Assembly: GCA_963753065.1 (NCBI GenBank)
Contig: CAVWAQ010000002.1
Span: 74,185-138,184, forward strand
DNA: 64,000 bases
From: Candidatus Bathyarchaeota archaeon
GTDB taxonomy: Archaea > Thermoproteota > Bathyarchaeia > 40CM-2-53-6
Direction: 5' to 3'
The notes under the pieces are model-generated. The model ran no database searches. It saw only the letters and a program-made list of their open reading frames with translations, and was not told the DNA's origin. Every line of letters starts with the position of its first letter. The stretch's first letter is position 1. Positions 30,467 to 40,891 of the stretch are shown piece by piece. The translations under genes were made by a program, and so were the position numbers.

Positions 30467-31002
30467 CGCGTTCACGGACTGTGTTTCAGGCGAACTGATC
30501 TGGTTGAGATGCCGCTCCTGTGTTCATGATCTGAAGGCCCAGCATACGACGAAGCTGTAGTATGTAGTTCCGGAGGGGACCCCCTAGGGGTCGTAGGGGC
30601 TCATTTCTAGATACCATAAGTATTCTCACATCCCGAACAGATCCAAAGCCTACCATGAATGCGTAGCCGTGAAATTCTCCGCGTAAGACGCTGCGTCTTA
30701 CACATGCATTCTCCTGCATGTCTAGGCCTGCTATGCCGACGCGGAAGATCTGCAATTCAAAGCTCTTGATCAACGCATCTATGCGCTGCAGAGTGTGGGA
30801 CACTAGGTGGCGCTTTCCATGAGAGAGGTGGCTCACGATCATGTCCTCCAAATGGGGGCCCGTTTCAGGGAAACGGGGCCCGTTTGAGAGCCCTGTATGT
30901 TTGGGCCTCTCAGATTCGATAGTATTGCAGGCTCCGTAACTCCCACGTTCATCTCTTTGCAAGAGTATGTTCTTGGGCTCTTCGGTACGACATAGTGGGG
31001 TC

Positions 31003-31878
31003 TCACCGTTTGGACTCTATGCGAATGACTACGGTCCTGTCCTTCTTTCCATTCCTTGAAATCTGATTAATCCCCAAGAGACTCGAAATCAAAACAAGAA
31101 TCAATACCGGTGTGGAACTCGAGAATTCATCTACAGATGAGACCGCGGAGTATTGCACGCTGAACCCGTTGGTTGATATGTCAAGTGTGCCAGGCTGCGC
31201 TAGAACTGTTCCGGTACTGGTGGCGTTAGTTTTCATCGTAACCATCGCGGCCTTCGCTAAGGATACTAGTGTGCCTTGATTCGTAGTGCAGTTCGAAAAG
31301 GTTACATTTCCGAAGTCGGCCAAAGTCGTCAGCTCGTCTCCTCTTCCAACTTGCATCGCCGGCCGTTCAACGATGAACTCTGCGGTGTCTTCGGATGCGA
31401 GATTGATACGTGCGCGTACGGTGATGTTTACCAGCGTGGCTGAGTTGCGAACGATAAGCATGTGCCATGTGGAAGCGTTTGCAGATGCTTGAGAAACGCT
31501 TGCTGTGATTAAATCGCCGGGAGATATGTAGGCGACGAGTACGGGGGATGCAGGATAGACCTCGTGCCATGCGAAGTAGACGGCCGAGCCGTTGTTTAGG
31601 ACATCTTGATCGGTGCCTACTTGAATCAATCTACTGCTGTTGCTGAAGAATCCGCCTATTCCGACCCAAGTAGAGGAGTAGGCCGGTCGGGGAATTGCTG
31701 AGACAGACGGAACAGTCCAACTAGCATTGACAGCGGTGTATGGGCCGGGAGCAGTGGCCACCCACCCGCTCCAATTTGAGGCGTAAGTGGTCGTTATCGT
31801 TGGAAGGGCTGAAGCCCTAGGCAGCAGCAAAGCCAGACAGACTAGGAGTAGAAATGCTGAGGGGAGGTCGCGATTCAT
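31003..31878 (-). CDS. Secreted G1 family glutamic peptidase, copy 1
   Basis: SNWSGW, WVGIGG, LIQVGT, AWHE, AEFIVERP, LADFG; signal peptide; VDEF + TM + basic tail. Confidence 0.88.
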   Translation of the reverse strand: MNRDLPSAFLLLVCLALLLPRASALPTITTTYASNWSGWVATAPGPYTAVNASWTVPSVSAIPRPAYSSTWVGIGGFFSNSSRLIQVGTDQDVLNNGSAVYFAWHEVYPASPVLVAYISPGDLITASVSQASANASTWHMLIVRNSATLVNITVRARINLASEDTAEFIVERPAMQVGRGDELTTLADFGNVTFSNCTTNQGTLVSLAKAAMVTMKTNATSTGTVLAQPGTLDISTNGFSVQYSAVSSVDEFSSSTPVLILVLISSLLGINQISRNGKKDRTVVIRIESKR

Positions 31879-32012
31879 GTGGAAGCAATGCTCCCCCTAC
31901 GCGAGACGTATAGCAGGAGCGGGAGATTAGAAACCGAAGAAGAAGAACGCGTCTGAATGCGCGTGCGATTCGTCAACCTTGGATTAGTCTCTCGCACTCA
32001 CATTCATGTAGC

Positions 32013-32315
32013 TCAAGAGTGGTGCTTCCTGAGAGACAAGCCTAGCCACAGGACGCCAATAATTGCAATTATGATTGCCAGTATTGCGAAGTTGTTCACG
32101 AAACCGCCATAAGGGTTCACGTTTGCGAACTGATTTGTTCTCGTGAAGTTTCCAAACCCGCGAGTTCCAGTGAAGTTTCCCGGAAGATTGGATCCGAACC
32201 TTCGGGGAACCATGAATGAGCGGATCGTGGTGTAGGCAGTTGTGATAGTCGCGAGAACTACACCTACCAACGTGATCAAGTATGCGTACTTTACCTGTTT
32301 TTCAATACCAGTCAA
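32013..32315 (-). CDS. Small two-TM membrane protein, copy 1
   Basis: Two hydrophobic segments around a Gly/Asn/Phe-rich loop; frame kept in both copies. Confidence 0.75.
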   Translation of the reverse strand: MTGIEKQVKYAYLITLVGVVLATITTAYTTIRSFMVPRRFGSNLPGNFTGTRGFGNFTRTNQFANVNPYGGFVNNFAILAIIIAIIGVLWLGLSLRKHHS

Positions 32316-32645
32316 CGTACTACGCCTTGTGGTCGGGGTCCTGCCTCATGTCGGATATAAGCAGGATGGACGAATCATCCTAAAGGTTTCCGATTGTCTC
32401 ATTCAACTTGATGTTCATTCAAATGGATATTCGGTTACATATTCAAGTGACAGTGATCGAGGCCGAACAAGGACTTGACAGTGCCAGATGACTCCCCTCG
32501 ATCCGTGCGCCCTATTGACTGCAGGGGAAATGAGAAAACCAGTCTCCTCCAAGACTACGATCGCCTTGCGGCTCTTGCTCTTTCGGAGAAAAGAATTCAA
32601 CTGACACGGACGCATTGATTGTAATCGTGAAGAAAGGATGGATTT

Positions 32646-33647
32646 ATGATGCAAGAGAATCGGTGCCGCTCCCTCGGTGCCTCGGGAATTAAGGTCTCAA
32701 GCCTGGGCACTGGGACCAATAGATGGGCGCAAGGAAAGAATGATGAGGCGGTCTTCCAGGCCTATCGGTCTCTTGTAGATGCCGGCGTGAATTTCTTTGA
32801 CACTGCTGAAGTCTACAATAGTGGAAAATCGGAGCGCCTCCTCGGTGCGTGTCTCCAGCGGGACCACCGGCCGGTCGTGATTGCGAGTAAATTCGCGCCG
32901 TTGCCCACGCGCCTGACACGCCGCCAGTTCATGAACGCGCTTGATGCCAGCCTGAGCCGCCTGGGCGTGCAGACGATAGACTTGTACTACATCCATTTTC
33001 CTTACAGCTTGCTGAGCATTGAAACGCTGATGGACATGATGGCTCAGGCCGTCGAGGCCGGCAAAATCCGCGCAGTTGGCGTGAGCAACTTCAACGCCAA
33101 CCAGGTGCGCCGAGCCGCGACCCGCCTCGAGCGTTACCGTATCCCTCTGGCCGCGAACCAAGTCCGGTACAACCTGTTCCAACGCCAGCCGGAAGAGAAC
33201 GGCGTGCTCGATGCCTGCCGGGAACTCAACGTCGCGATGGTGGCCTATCGCCCATTGGAGGGAGGACTACTCAAATCGAACACCGCTCCAGGCGCGCCTT
33301 CTGGCTCACCTTCGACAGGCGGGAAAGGAAACGCGCCGTCGAAAGAACAAGCCCTTCAGGATACCCTCGAGGCGATTGCACAGACGCGTGGAAAGAGTGT
33401 TAGTCAGGTTGCCCTTAACTGGCTTCTGCGGAGAGATGAACACGTGATTCCAATTCCCGGCGCTACAAAAGAGCGCCACGCGTTGGAAAACGCTGATACA
33501 CTCAACTGGGAACTGAGCGACGACGAGTTTGCTGCGATTGATCAAGCCTCTTCCCCTTGGAAACACTACACTGGTCGTGAGAGCCGCAAGTTTCTCAAGG
33601 ATGCGGTTAACCTTGGAGTCAAACGGTTGTTTCGCGGCCGGTCCTAG
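32646..33647 (+). CDS. Aldo/keto reductase, copy 1
   Basis: FDTAEVY, SKF, DLYYIHFP, GVSNF, QVALNW, IPG. Confidence 0.92.
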   Translation: MMQENRCRSLGASGIKVSSLGTGTNRWAQGKNDEAVFQAYRSLVDAGVNFFDTAEVYNSGKSERLLGACLQRDHRPVVIASKFAPLPTRLTRRQFMNALDASLSRLGVQTIDLYYIHFPYSLLSIETLMDMMAQAVEAGKIRAVGVSNFNANQVRRAATRLERYRIPLAANQVRYNLFQRQPEENGVLDACRELNVAMVAYRPLEGGLLKSNTAPGAPSGSPSTGGKGNAPSKEQALQDTLEAIAQTRGKSVSQVALNWLLRRDEHVIPIPGATKERHALENADTLNWELSDDEFAAIDQASSPWKHYTGRESRKFLKDAVNLGVKRLFRGRS

Positions 33648-33824
33648 AGTCAATGTCCGGATGGCACAGCGACTCTTCAAACACACAAGAGAACTCCAGA
33701 GCACAATCAAAACCTATGATCCGCTGGGTGAATAGAATACGGTTGAGGTGCCACTTCCCGGAACGTAGGTTCCTCATCATCACATCAAGCACATATTCCA
33801 GCCCTGAAGTCTTGATGGCGAGGC

Positions 33825-34388
33825 GTGGAGAGCACAGTGGTCAAGTTGATTTCGAAAAAGATCGAGCGGATGGCACACGAGCACGGTTTTGCGGATTTCA
33901 AATGGATTAACCCGAAAGATGTCGTCACGGGCAACTGGGTTAGAATGAAGTGTCAGTTCGGCTGTGATGGCTACGGCAAAGGAGGATGCTGCCCGCCAGA
34001 AGTCCCCTCGGTCACTGACTGCCGAAGATTCTTTGACGACTACAAAGTCGGCCTCCTGCTTCACTGTGCAGTCAAATTCGAGAATCCTCTGCTGCGGCGC
34101 CGATGGAGCCGAGCGACACAGAAGAAAGCTGTAGCTCTTGAAAGAGGGATCTTCCTAGCGGATTACCCCAAAGCGTTCGTGTTCCCGCCGGGTGGGCCTT
34201 GCAGAATATGTGCCTCTTGTTCGGCAAACAGGAGAGAATGCAAGAACCCGTACGCTGCTCGGCCTAGCTTGGAAGCGTTTGCTGTAGATGTCTACGCGAC
34301 GGCCCGCAGAGCGAGATATCCAATCCACGTGCTGAAGAGATACGGAGAAGAGATGAACCGTTTCGGGCTACTACTTCTATGCGAATGA
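33825..34388 (+). CDS. DUF2284 Cys-rich metal-binding protein, copy 1
   Basis: VRMKCQFGCDGYG...CPP, GPCRICASC, ARPSLEAFAVDV. Confidence 0.85.
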   Translation: MESTVVKLISKKIERMAHEHGFADFKWINPKDVVTGNWVRMKCQFGCDGYGKGGCCPPEVPSVTDCRRFFDDYKVGLLLHCAVKFENPLLRRRWSRATQKKAVALERGIFLADYPKAFVFPPGGPCRICASCSANRRECKNPYAARPSLEAFAVDVYATARRARYPIHVLKRYGEEMNRFGLLLLCE

Positions 34389-35238
34389 CTACGGTCTTGT
34401 CCTTCTTTCCATTCCTTGAAATCTGATTAATCCCCAAGAGACTCGAAATTAAAACAAGAATCAATACCGGTGTGGAACTCGAGAATTCATCTACGGATGA
34501 GACTGCGGAGTATTGCACGCTGAACCCGTTGGTTGATATGTCAAGTGTGCCGGGCTGGGCGAGAACTGTTCCGGTACTGGTGGCGTTAGTTTTCATTGTA
34601 ACCATCGCGGCCTTCGCTAAGGATACTAGTGTGCCTTTATTCGTGGTGCAGTTCGAAAAGGTTACATTTCCGAAGTCGGCCAAAGTCGTCAGCTCGTCTC
34701 CTCTTCCAACTTGCATCGCCGGCCTTTCAACGATGAACTCTGCGGTGTTTTCGGATGCGAGATTGATACGTGCGCGTACGGTGATGTTTACCAGCGTGGC
34801 TGAGTTGCGAACGATAAGCATGTGCCATGTGGAAGCGTTTGCAGATGCTTGAGAAACGCTTGCTGTGATTAAATCGCCGGGAGATACGTAGGCGACGAGT
34901 ACGGGAGATGCAGGATAGACCTCATGCCATGCAAAGTAAACGGCCGAGCCGTTGTTTAGGACATCTTGATCGGTGCCTACTTGAATCAATCTACTGCTGT
35001 TGCTGAAGAATCCACCTATTCCGACCCAAGTAGAGGAGTAGGCCGGTCGGGGAATTGCTGAAACAGACGGAACAGTCCAACTAGCATTGACAGCAGTGTA
35101 TGGGCCGGGAGCGGTCGCCACCCACCCGCTCCAATTTGAGGCGTAAGTGGTCGTTGTCGTTGGAAGAGCTGAAGCCCTAGGCAGCAGCAAAGCCAGACAG
35201 ATTAGGAGTAGAAATGCTGAGGGGAAGTCGCGATTCAT
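34264..35238 (-). CDS. G1 glutamic peptidase, copy 2 (C-terminus altered at the duplication junction)
   Basis: Same motifs as copy 1; stop codon lost at 34375/34376. Confidence 0.85.
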   Translation of the reverse strand: MNRDFPSAFLLLICLALLLPRASALPTTTTTYASNWSGWVATAPGPYTAVNASWTVPSVSAIPRPAYSSTWVGIGGFFSNSSRLIQVGTDQDVLNNGSAVYFAWHEVYPASPVLVAYVSPGDLITASVSQASANASTWHMLIVRNSATLVNITVRARINLASENTAEFIVERPAMQVGRGDELTTLADFGNVTFSNCTTNKGTLVSLAKAAMVTMKTNATSTGTVLAQPGTLDISTNGFSVQYSAVSSVDEFSSSTPVLILVLISSLLGINQISRNGKKDKTVVIRIEVVARNGSSLLRISSARGLDISLCGPSRRHLQQTLPS

Positions 35239-35372
35239 GTGGAAGCAATGCTCCCCCTACGCGAGACGTATAGCAGGAGCGGGAGATTAGAAACCGAAGA
35301 AGAAGAACGTGTCTGAATGCGCGTGCGATTCGTCAACCTTGGATTAGTCTCTCGCACTCACATTCATGTAGC

Positions 35373-35675
35373 TCAAGAGTGGTGCTTCCTGAGAGACAAG
35401 CCTAGCCACAGGACACCAATAATTGCAATTATGACTGCCAGTATTGCGAAGTTGTTCACGAAACCGCCATAAGGGTTCACGTTTGCGAACTGATTTGTTC
35501 TCGTGAAGTTTCCAAACCCGCGAGTTCCAGTGAAGTTTCCCGGAAGATTGGATCCGAACCTTCGGGGAGCCATGAATGAGCGGATCGTGGTGTAGGCAGT
35601 TGTGATAGTCGCGAGAACTACACCTACCAACGTGATCAAGTATGCGTACTTTACCTGTTTTTCAATACCAGTCAA
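35373..35675 (-). CDS. Small two-TM membrane protein, copy 2
   Basis: Differs from copy 1 at 2 residues. Confidence 0.75.
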   Translation of the reverse strand: MTGIEKQVKYAYLITLVGVVLATITTAYTTIRSFMAPRRFGSNLPGNFTGTRGFGNFTRTNQFANVNPYGGFVNNFAILAVIIAIIGVLWLGLSLRKHHS

Positions 35676-36010
35676 CGTACTACGCCTTGTGGTCGGGGTC
35701 CTGCCTCATGTCGGATATAAGCAGGATGGACGAATCATCCTAAAGGTTTCCGATTGTCTCATTCAACTTGATGTTCATTCAAATGGATATTCGGTTGCAT
35801 ATTCAAGTGACAATGATCGAGGCCGAACAAGGACTTGACAGTGCCAGATGACTCCCCTCGATCCGTGCGCCCTATTGACTGCAGGGGAAATGAGAAAACC
35901 AGTCTCCTCCAAGACTACGATCGCCTTTCGGCTCTTGCTCTTTCGGAGAAAAGAATTCAACTGACGCGGACGCAATGCTATTCTAATCGCAAAGGAAGGA
36001 TGGATTAATC

Positions 36011-37010
36011 ATGCAAGAGAATCGGTACCGCTCCCTCGGTGCCTCGGGGATTAAGGTCTCAGCCCTTGGGCACTGGGACCAATAGGTGGGCACAAGGAAA
36101 GAATGATGAGTCGGTCTTCCAGGCCTATCAGTCTCTTGTAGATGCCGGCGTCAATTTCTTCGACACTGCTGAGGTCTACAATAGTGGAAAATCGGAGCGC
36201 CTCCTCGGCGCATGTCTCCAGCGGGACCACCGACCGGTCGTTATTGCGAGCAAATTCGCGCCGTTGCCCACGCGCCTGACACGCCGCCAATTCATGAACG
36301 CGCTCGATGCCAGCCTAAGCCGCCTAGGCGTACAGACGATAGACTTGTATTACATCCATTTTCCTTACAGCTTGCTGAGCATTGAAACGTTGATGGACCT
36401 GATGGCTCAGGCCGTCGAGGCCGGCAAAATCCGCGCCGTGGGCGTGAGCAACTTCAATGCCAACCAGATGCGCCGAGCCGCGACCCGCCTCGAACGTTAC
36501 CATATCCCTCTGGCCGCGAACCAAGTTCGGTACAACCTGTTGCAACGCCAGCCGGAAGAGAACGGCGTGCTCGATGCCTGCCGGGAACTCAATGTCGCGC
36601 TGGTGGCCTATCGTCCATTGGAGGGAGGACAACTCAAATCGAACACCGCTCCAGGCGCGCCGTCTGGCTCACCTTCGACAGGCGGGAAAGGAAACGCGCC
36701 GTCGAAAGAACAAGTCCTTCAGGATACCCTCGAGGCGATTGCACAGACGCGTGGAAAGAGTGTCAGTCAGGTTGCCCTTAACTGGCTTCTGCGGAGAGAT
36801 GAACACGTGATTCCAATTCCCGGCGCTACAAAGGAGCGCCACGCGTTGGAAAACGCTGGCACACTCAACTGGGAACTGAGCCACGACGAGTTTGCTGCGA
36901 TTGATCAAGCCTCTTCCCCTTGGAAACACTACACTGGTCGTGAGAGCCGCAAGTTTCTCAAGGATGCGGTTAACCTTGGATTCAAACGGTTGTTTCGCGG
37001 CCGGTCCTAA
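36011..37010 (+). CDS. Aldo/keto reductase, copy 2 (+1 frameshift near 36065)
   Basis: ATG at 36011 matches the copy 1 N-terminus; one extra base relative to copy 1. Confidence 0.85.
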
Positions 37011-37185
37011 AGTCAATGTCCGGATGACAGCGACTCTTCAAACACACAAGAAAACTCCAGAGCACAATCAAAACCTATGATCCGCTGGGTGAACAGAATA
37101 CAGTTGAGGCGCCACTTCCCGGAACATAGGTTCCTCATCATCACATCAAGCACATATTCCAGCCCTGAAGTCTTGATGGCGAGAC

Positions 37186-37746
37186 GTGGGACGCAAAATG
37201 ATCAAGTTGGTTTCGAAAAAGATCGAGCGAATGGCACATGAGCACGGTTTTACCGATTTCAAATGGATCAACTCGAAAGATGTCGTCACGGGCAATTGGG
37301 TTAGAATGAAGTGTCAGTTCGGCTGTGATGGCTACGGCAAAGGAGGATGCTGCCCGCCAGAAGTCCCCTCGGTCACTGATTGCCGAAGATTCTTTGACGA
37401 GTACAAAGTCGGCCTGCTGCTTCACTGCGCAGTCAAATTCGAGAATCCTCTGCTGCGACGCCGATGGAGCCAAGCGACACAGAAGAAAGCTGTGGCTCTT
37501 GAAAGAGGAGTCTTCCTAGCGGATTACCCCAAGGCGTTCGTGTTCCCGCCTGGGGGCCCTTGCAGAATATGCGCCTCTTGTTCGGCAAACAGGAGAGAGT
37601 GCAAGAACCCGTACGCCGCTCGGCCTAGCTTAGAAGCGTTTGCAGTAGATGTCTACGCGACGGCCCGCAGAGCGAGATATCCAATCCACGTGCTGAAGAG
37701 ATACGGAGAAGAGATGAACCGTTTCGGGCTACTGCTCATAGAATGA
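37186..37746 (+). CDS. DUF2284 Cys-rich protein, copy 2
   Basis: Same motifs as copy 1; ends LLLIE. Confidence 0.85.
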   Translation: MGRKMIKLVSKKIERMAHEHGFTDFKWINSKDVVTGNWVRMKCQFGCDGYGKGGCCPPEVPSVTDCRRFFDEYKVGLLLHCAVKFENPLLRRRWSQATQKKAVALERGVFLADYPKAFVFPPGGPCRICASCSANRRECKNPYAARPSLEAFAVDVYATARRARYPIHVLKRYGEEMNRFGLLLIE

Positions 37747-38066
37747 AACCACCCGGATCGTTCAACTCACGCGACTGTCAACGGTTCCGTTACTCGTGGG
37801 GCTTGACTGTCAGACGGTTCTCCTTGGACATTCCACCCCCAGAGGTCGACGTTAAGATCGAGTATGGTTGACATTGATGAATGCTGGCGGACAACAAGGC
37901 AGGTCACTGCGGTGGAGCGCTAGGCTCGTGCATGACGACGCCCTCGTAAGAGGTGCCGCTTTCCGGGAAAGAGGTGCCGCTTTGATGCCTTGAAGCACAA
38001 GCTCAAGGAAGAGTCGACAGCAGAGACTTCACACAACTCAGAACGATACAAGTTACAGCGTAAGAA

Positions 38067-38207
38067 TGGTAGCCCGGGGGAGATTCGAATTCGGGCCTTC
38101 AGGTCTCCCGTCGGCAGGTTTCTTCTCCTTTGAGCGGGATCCAGAGCCATCTAGTGGCCCTATTGGTCTGGCGCCATTGCTATGCTTGACCGCTACACCA
38201 CCGGGCT
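38067..38207 (-). tRNA. tRNA-Gln(CTG) with three introns (29/30, 37/38, 53/54) and encoded CCA
   Basis: Removing 38149-38177, 38120-38140 and 38090-38104 gives a 76-nt cloverleaf: AGCCCGG/CCGGGCT acceptor, GCAGG/CCTGC anticodon stem, GGGAG-TTCGAAT-CTCCC T arm. Confidence 0.9.
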
Positions 38208-38335
38208 ACTGACCGTCCAGAGCGCCTGTGCCCGTAAAAACCTTGACCTCTCAATCCAATCGGACGCCTTTCCTCTGCAGCTGAGGGAGAATGAAGGCCG
38301 TTGCTAGCGAGTGAGCGTCCTACTGTGGTCGCCGT

Positions 38336-38500
38336 TCATAGGTTGAGTCTCCTTACGTGGCCTTCTAGGACTGCGACTATGTAGTCTTCAGGATCTGCGC
38401 CGCTCTGCACGGCAACTAGTAGTGTGACGATCCTATTGTAGATCCACCGGGGAATCATGACCTGCATGAGGTCAGGGGGCTCGGAGCTGAGAGGTTCCAT
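38336..38500 (-). CDS. Small putative ribbon-helix-helix-like protein
   Basis: QVMIPRWIYNRI...PEDYIVAVL pattern; short, weak support. Confidence 0.4.
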   Translation of the reverse strand: MEPLSSEPPDLMQVMIPRWIYNRIVTLLVAVQSGADPEDYIVAVLEGHVRRLNL

Positions 38501-38768
38501 AGCCCGCGCTTGCTCATGCGCATCATTCATATGCCTAAGGGAAAACCGACACCACAAAGAGAGACCCAAACGAAACTGGCGGCGCGAGCTCTGAGGTCTC
38601 CTTCTTTCACGTGAGCCTGACCAACCGACCGACTTCGCTCAGCTTCATTCTGTTTAGCCTGCCTCTACTCATCCTCCCTTGACGCTGGCGCGGTGTGAGC
38701 CGGCATAAGCCGCCCGGACCCTGACGATCTGGTGTCATTGCCTAATATGCAAAGACTTAAGGTAACCA

Positions 38769-39680
38769 GTGACAGGCAGACCTGTTCCAGAGGTGACCCG
38801 TTTGACAGATAGGGCTCTGCAGGAGGATCTCAAGGCGATTATCCTGGCTCTCGAAGGAGACGATTTCGAGAATACGAACATATTTGCCAATCGACTCATG
38901 AGCGACGCTGCCATCCTGAATGACCATAAGCACCTTCTGATCGGTTTCTTCTCGAAAGACGTGGCGGCAGAAATGATGGAGCTGACTGCAATGAAACCGG
39001 CAACGGCTCTTGCCACTGCTAAAGCGCACGCGACCATGTTCCTCTCGAAAATGAAGGATCATGCGAACAAGGAAGGCTTCGCCGAGGATGAAATCTGGAA
39101 GGAATATGTGAAACTAAGCGACAATCTCCGCAAGTTCCACCTCACACCGCACGAGGAGAAGGCATATGCTGAGAACAAGGAATTCACTCGCAAGGTCGCT
39201 GATTGGCTGCTGGAGTACCTTCGAAAGGAACAGAAACGTTTGCTGGAGCCAAGAAGTCAGCTTCTGAAGGGCATCTTGAATGAACTCGGGCGGACGTGCA
39301 GAGTTCATGGTGCCGAAGAACAGGAGATCATCTTCTTCTCGCTGCTCATGGCGTTTGATCGAGTCTATGATTATGTGCGTTTCGCCCACCAAACGGCAGA
39401 CGACTCTATCGATTCCGAGAGCGCCAAAAGAGAACTGACCCCCTATCTCGACCGGATATTCGATGTCATGAAAGCTCAACCCATCGAAATCGTCAAAATC
39501 GATGAGCTTCTATCTGAACTCATTATCAGGTGGCGAGAAGCTTTCGTTAACTACCTAGAAGTGCCTCACCTTGTCAAGGTCCCTGTGCAGAAAGGCATTG
39601 AACTCCCTGAAGAGACTAGGAAAAGAATAGCTGAAGCAGTCACGAAGGCTTTGGAAGTAAAGCAAAAAGCCAAGAAATGA
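38769..39680 (+). CDS. Hypothetical alpha-helical protein
   Basis: 303-aa charged ORF; ATGA overlap with the next gene. Confidence 0.75.
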   Translation: MTGRPVPEVTRLTDRALQEDLKAIILALEGDDFENTNIFANRLMSDAAILNDHKHLLIGFFSKDVAAEMMELTAMKPATALATAKAHATMFLSKMKDHANKEGFAEDEIWKEYVKLSDNLRKFHLTPHEEKAYAENKEFTRKVADWLLEYLRKEQKRLLEPRSQLLKGILNELGRTCRVHGAEEQEIIFFSLLMAFDRVYDYVRFAHQTADDSIDSESAKRELTPYLDRIFDVMKAQPIEIVKIDELLSELIIRWREAFVNYLEVPHLVKVPVQKGIELPEETRKRIAEAVTKALEVKQKAKK

Positions 39681-40534
39681 CGACTAGGGCTATGACCTTG
39701 AACGGCTCGCTAAATGCACTCTTGGAGATCAATCCATCAGCATCGGCTGAAGATCTAGCTAATGCTCTGTCACGGTACATTGAGATCTGCGTTTCGGAAG
39801 CCTTGGAATCGATTCCTCTTCCAGCCACTGGCATTCCCTCCCCGACTACACCCGCGCTGCGGGATCTGCAAGCGAGGCGACGTAGAAAGTCCAGTAAGAG
39901 ATTCCAGGAGGATATCTCGGAGCGTGAGTCGTTCATTGCTGAACTGTACCGCATTCGAAGCAAGCTCGACGGACATGCAGAGAACGGCACCATCCCCTCG
40001 TCTCTTAGTACTCCAGACGGCGGATGCGGAACCGTAGCAACGTTGCCGACAGAGTACACTGCTGCAGATACGATCAATGGAGGCATGGTCATGGATGGCG
40101 ACGGACTGACCAGGACCCCTCTTCGTCCGACTCTGCTACTTCGACGAGACAGCGGCAACCTGGTGGCCCTCAGCAGACCGTCTGCGGTACGTTTCTCTCT
40201 GGAATCGCGGCTCCAAGAACTTGTCACCTCGGACACGATTCTCGAACAAGTGGCCAAGGCCACCGAGTTGAGTCTGCGTACGTTTGCTCTGGAATCTGAA
40301 GTTCCGATGGAACTCAACTTCACCATCGCCAATGATCCTGAGTATCCGAACTGGATGAGGTACATCATCAAGATAGACACGCCCCTTGATTTCGATTACA
40401 GGATGAGACTCTGGTCTGAGATGGACGCCTGGGTTAGGAAGGATCTGTCCCGACTGCGCGGCGCCACTCCTGAGGATTCCACGCGTATCAAAGACATTAC
40501 AGGGAACCTTTTCCTCGACATGGAGCTTGTCTGA
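39677..40534 (+). CDS. Hypothetical protein, putative HEPN partner (antitoxin-like C-terminal domain)
   Basis: C-terminal DPEYPNW...FDYRMRLW segment; 3 bp upstream of the HEPN gene. Confidence 0.6.
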   Translation: MTTRAMTLNGSLNALLEINPSASAEDLANALSRYIEICVSEALESIPLPATGIPSPTTPALRDLQARRRRKSSKRFQEDISERESFIAELYRIRSKLDGHAENGTIPSSLSTPDGGCGTVATLPTEYTAADTINGGMVMDGDGLTRTPLRPTLLLRRDSGNLVALSRPSAVRFSLESRLQELVTSDTILEQVAKATELSLRTFALESEVPMELNFTIANDPEYPNWMRYIIKIDTPLDFDYRMRLWSEMDAWVRKDLSRLRGATPEDSTRIKDITGNLFLDMELV

Positions 40535-40537
40535 CCC

Positions 40538-40891
40538 TTGTTCGATTCGAGCCACTTCCTGGACATTGCGAACAAGCTTCTTGGCGATAGCTCTTATCGA
40601 GATGAAGCAGGTTGGCGTACAGCAATCGGACGAGCCTACTATGCAGCTTTCTTGGCTGCTAAGAAGAGACTGGAAGAACGTGGCTGCAACTTCGTGGATG
40701 TTGAGAAGCTTCATCAAGATGTAATTCAGAAACTGATGTCTCGGAAAAGCGACACGGCCAACAAACTGAACACATTGCGCGAGAAGAGAGTCAATGCGGA
40801 CTACCATATGAATGTCCCCATCGGCCCCGAGCTTGGTCAAAGGTGCGCGAGACTCTCTCAGATGGTCATTAACGAGCTTGGTTCAGTGTAG
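40538..40891 (+). CDS. HEPN domain protein (UPF0332-like)
   Basis: RTAIGRAYYAAF, H..VI..L, LREKRVNADY. Confidence 0.88.
   Translation: MFDSSHFLDIANKLLGDSSYRDEAGWRTAIGRAYYAAFLAAKKRLEERGCNFVDVEKLHQDVIQKLMSRKSDTANKLNTLREKRVNADYHMNVPIGPELGQRCARLSQMVINELGSV

Larger units (their letters stand above)
31016..37736. repeat. Tandem duplication of a ~3.36-kb four-gene unit (31016-34375 and 34376-37736)
   Basis: Colinear match at an offset of about 3360 bp with scattered substitutions. Confidence 0.95.

Noticed and set aside
30486-30962. 158-aa ORF and short GC hairpins (30578-30592, 30859-30877)
   Set aside because: No recognisable motif; neither coding status nor RNA structure can be supported.
37948-37983. 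15-bp direct repeat AAGAGGTGCCGCTTT twice (and GGGTGTTTGACA twice at 41219-41251)
   Set aside because: Only two copies each with a 21-bp period; too short for CRISPR and no function can be assigned.
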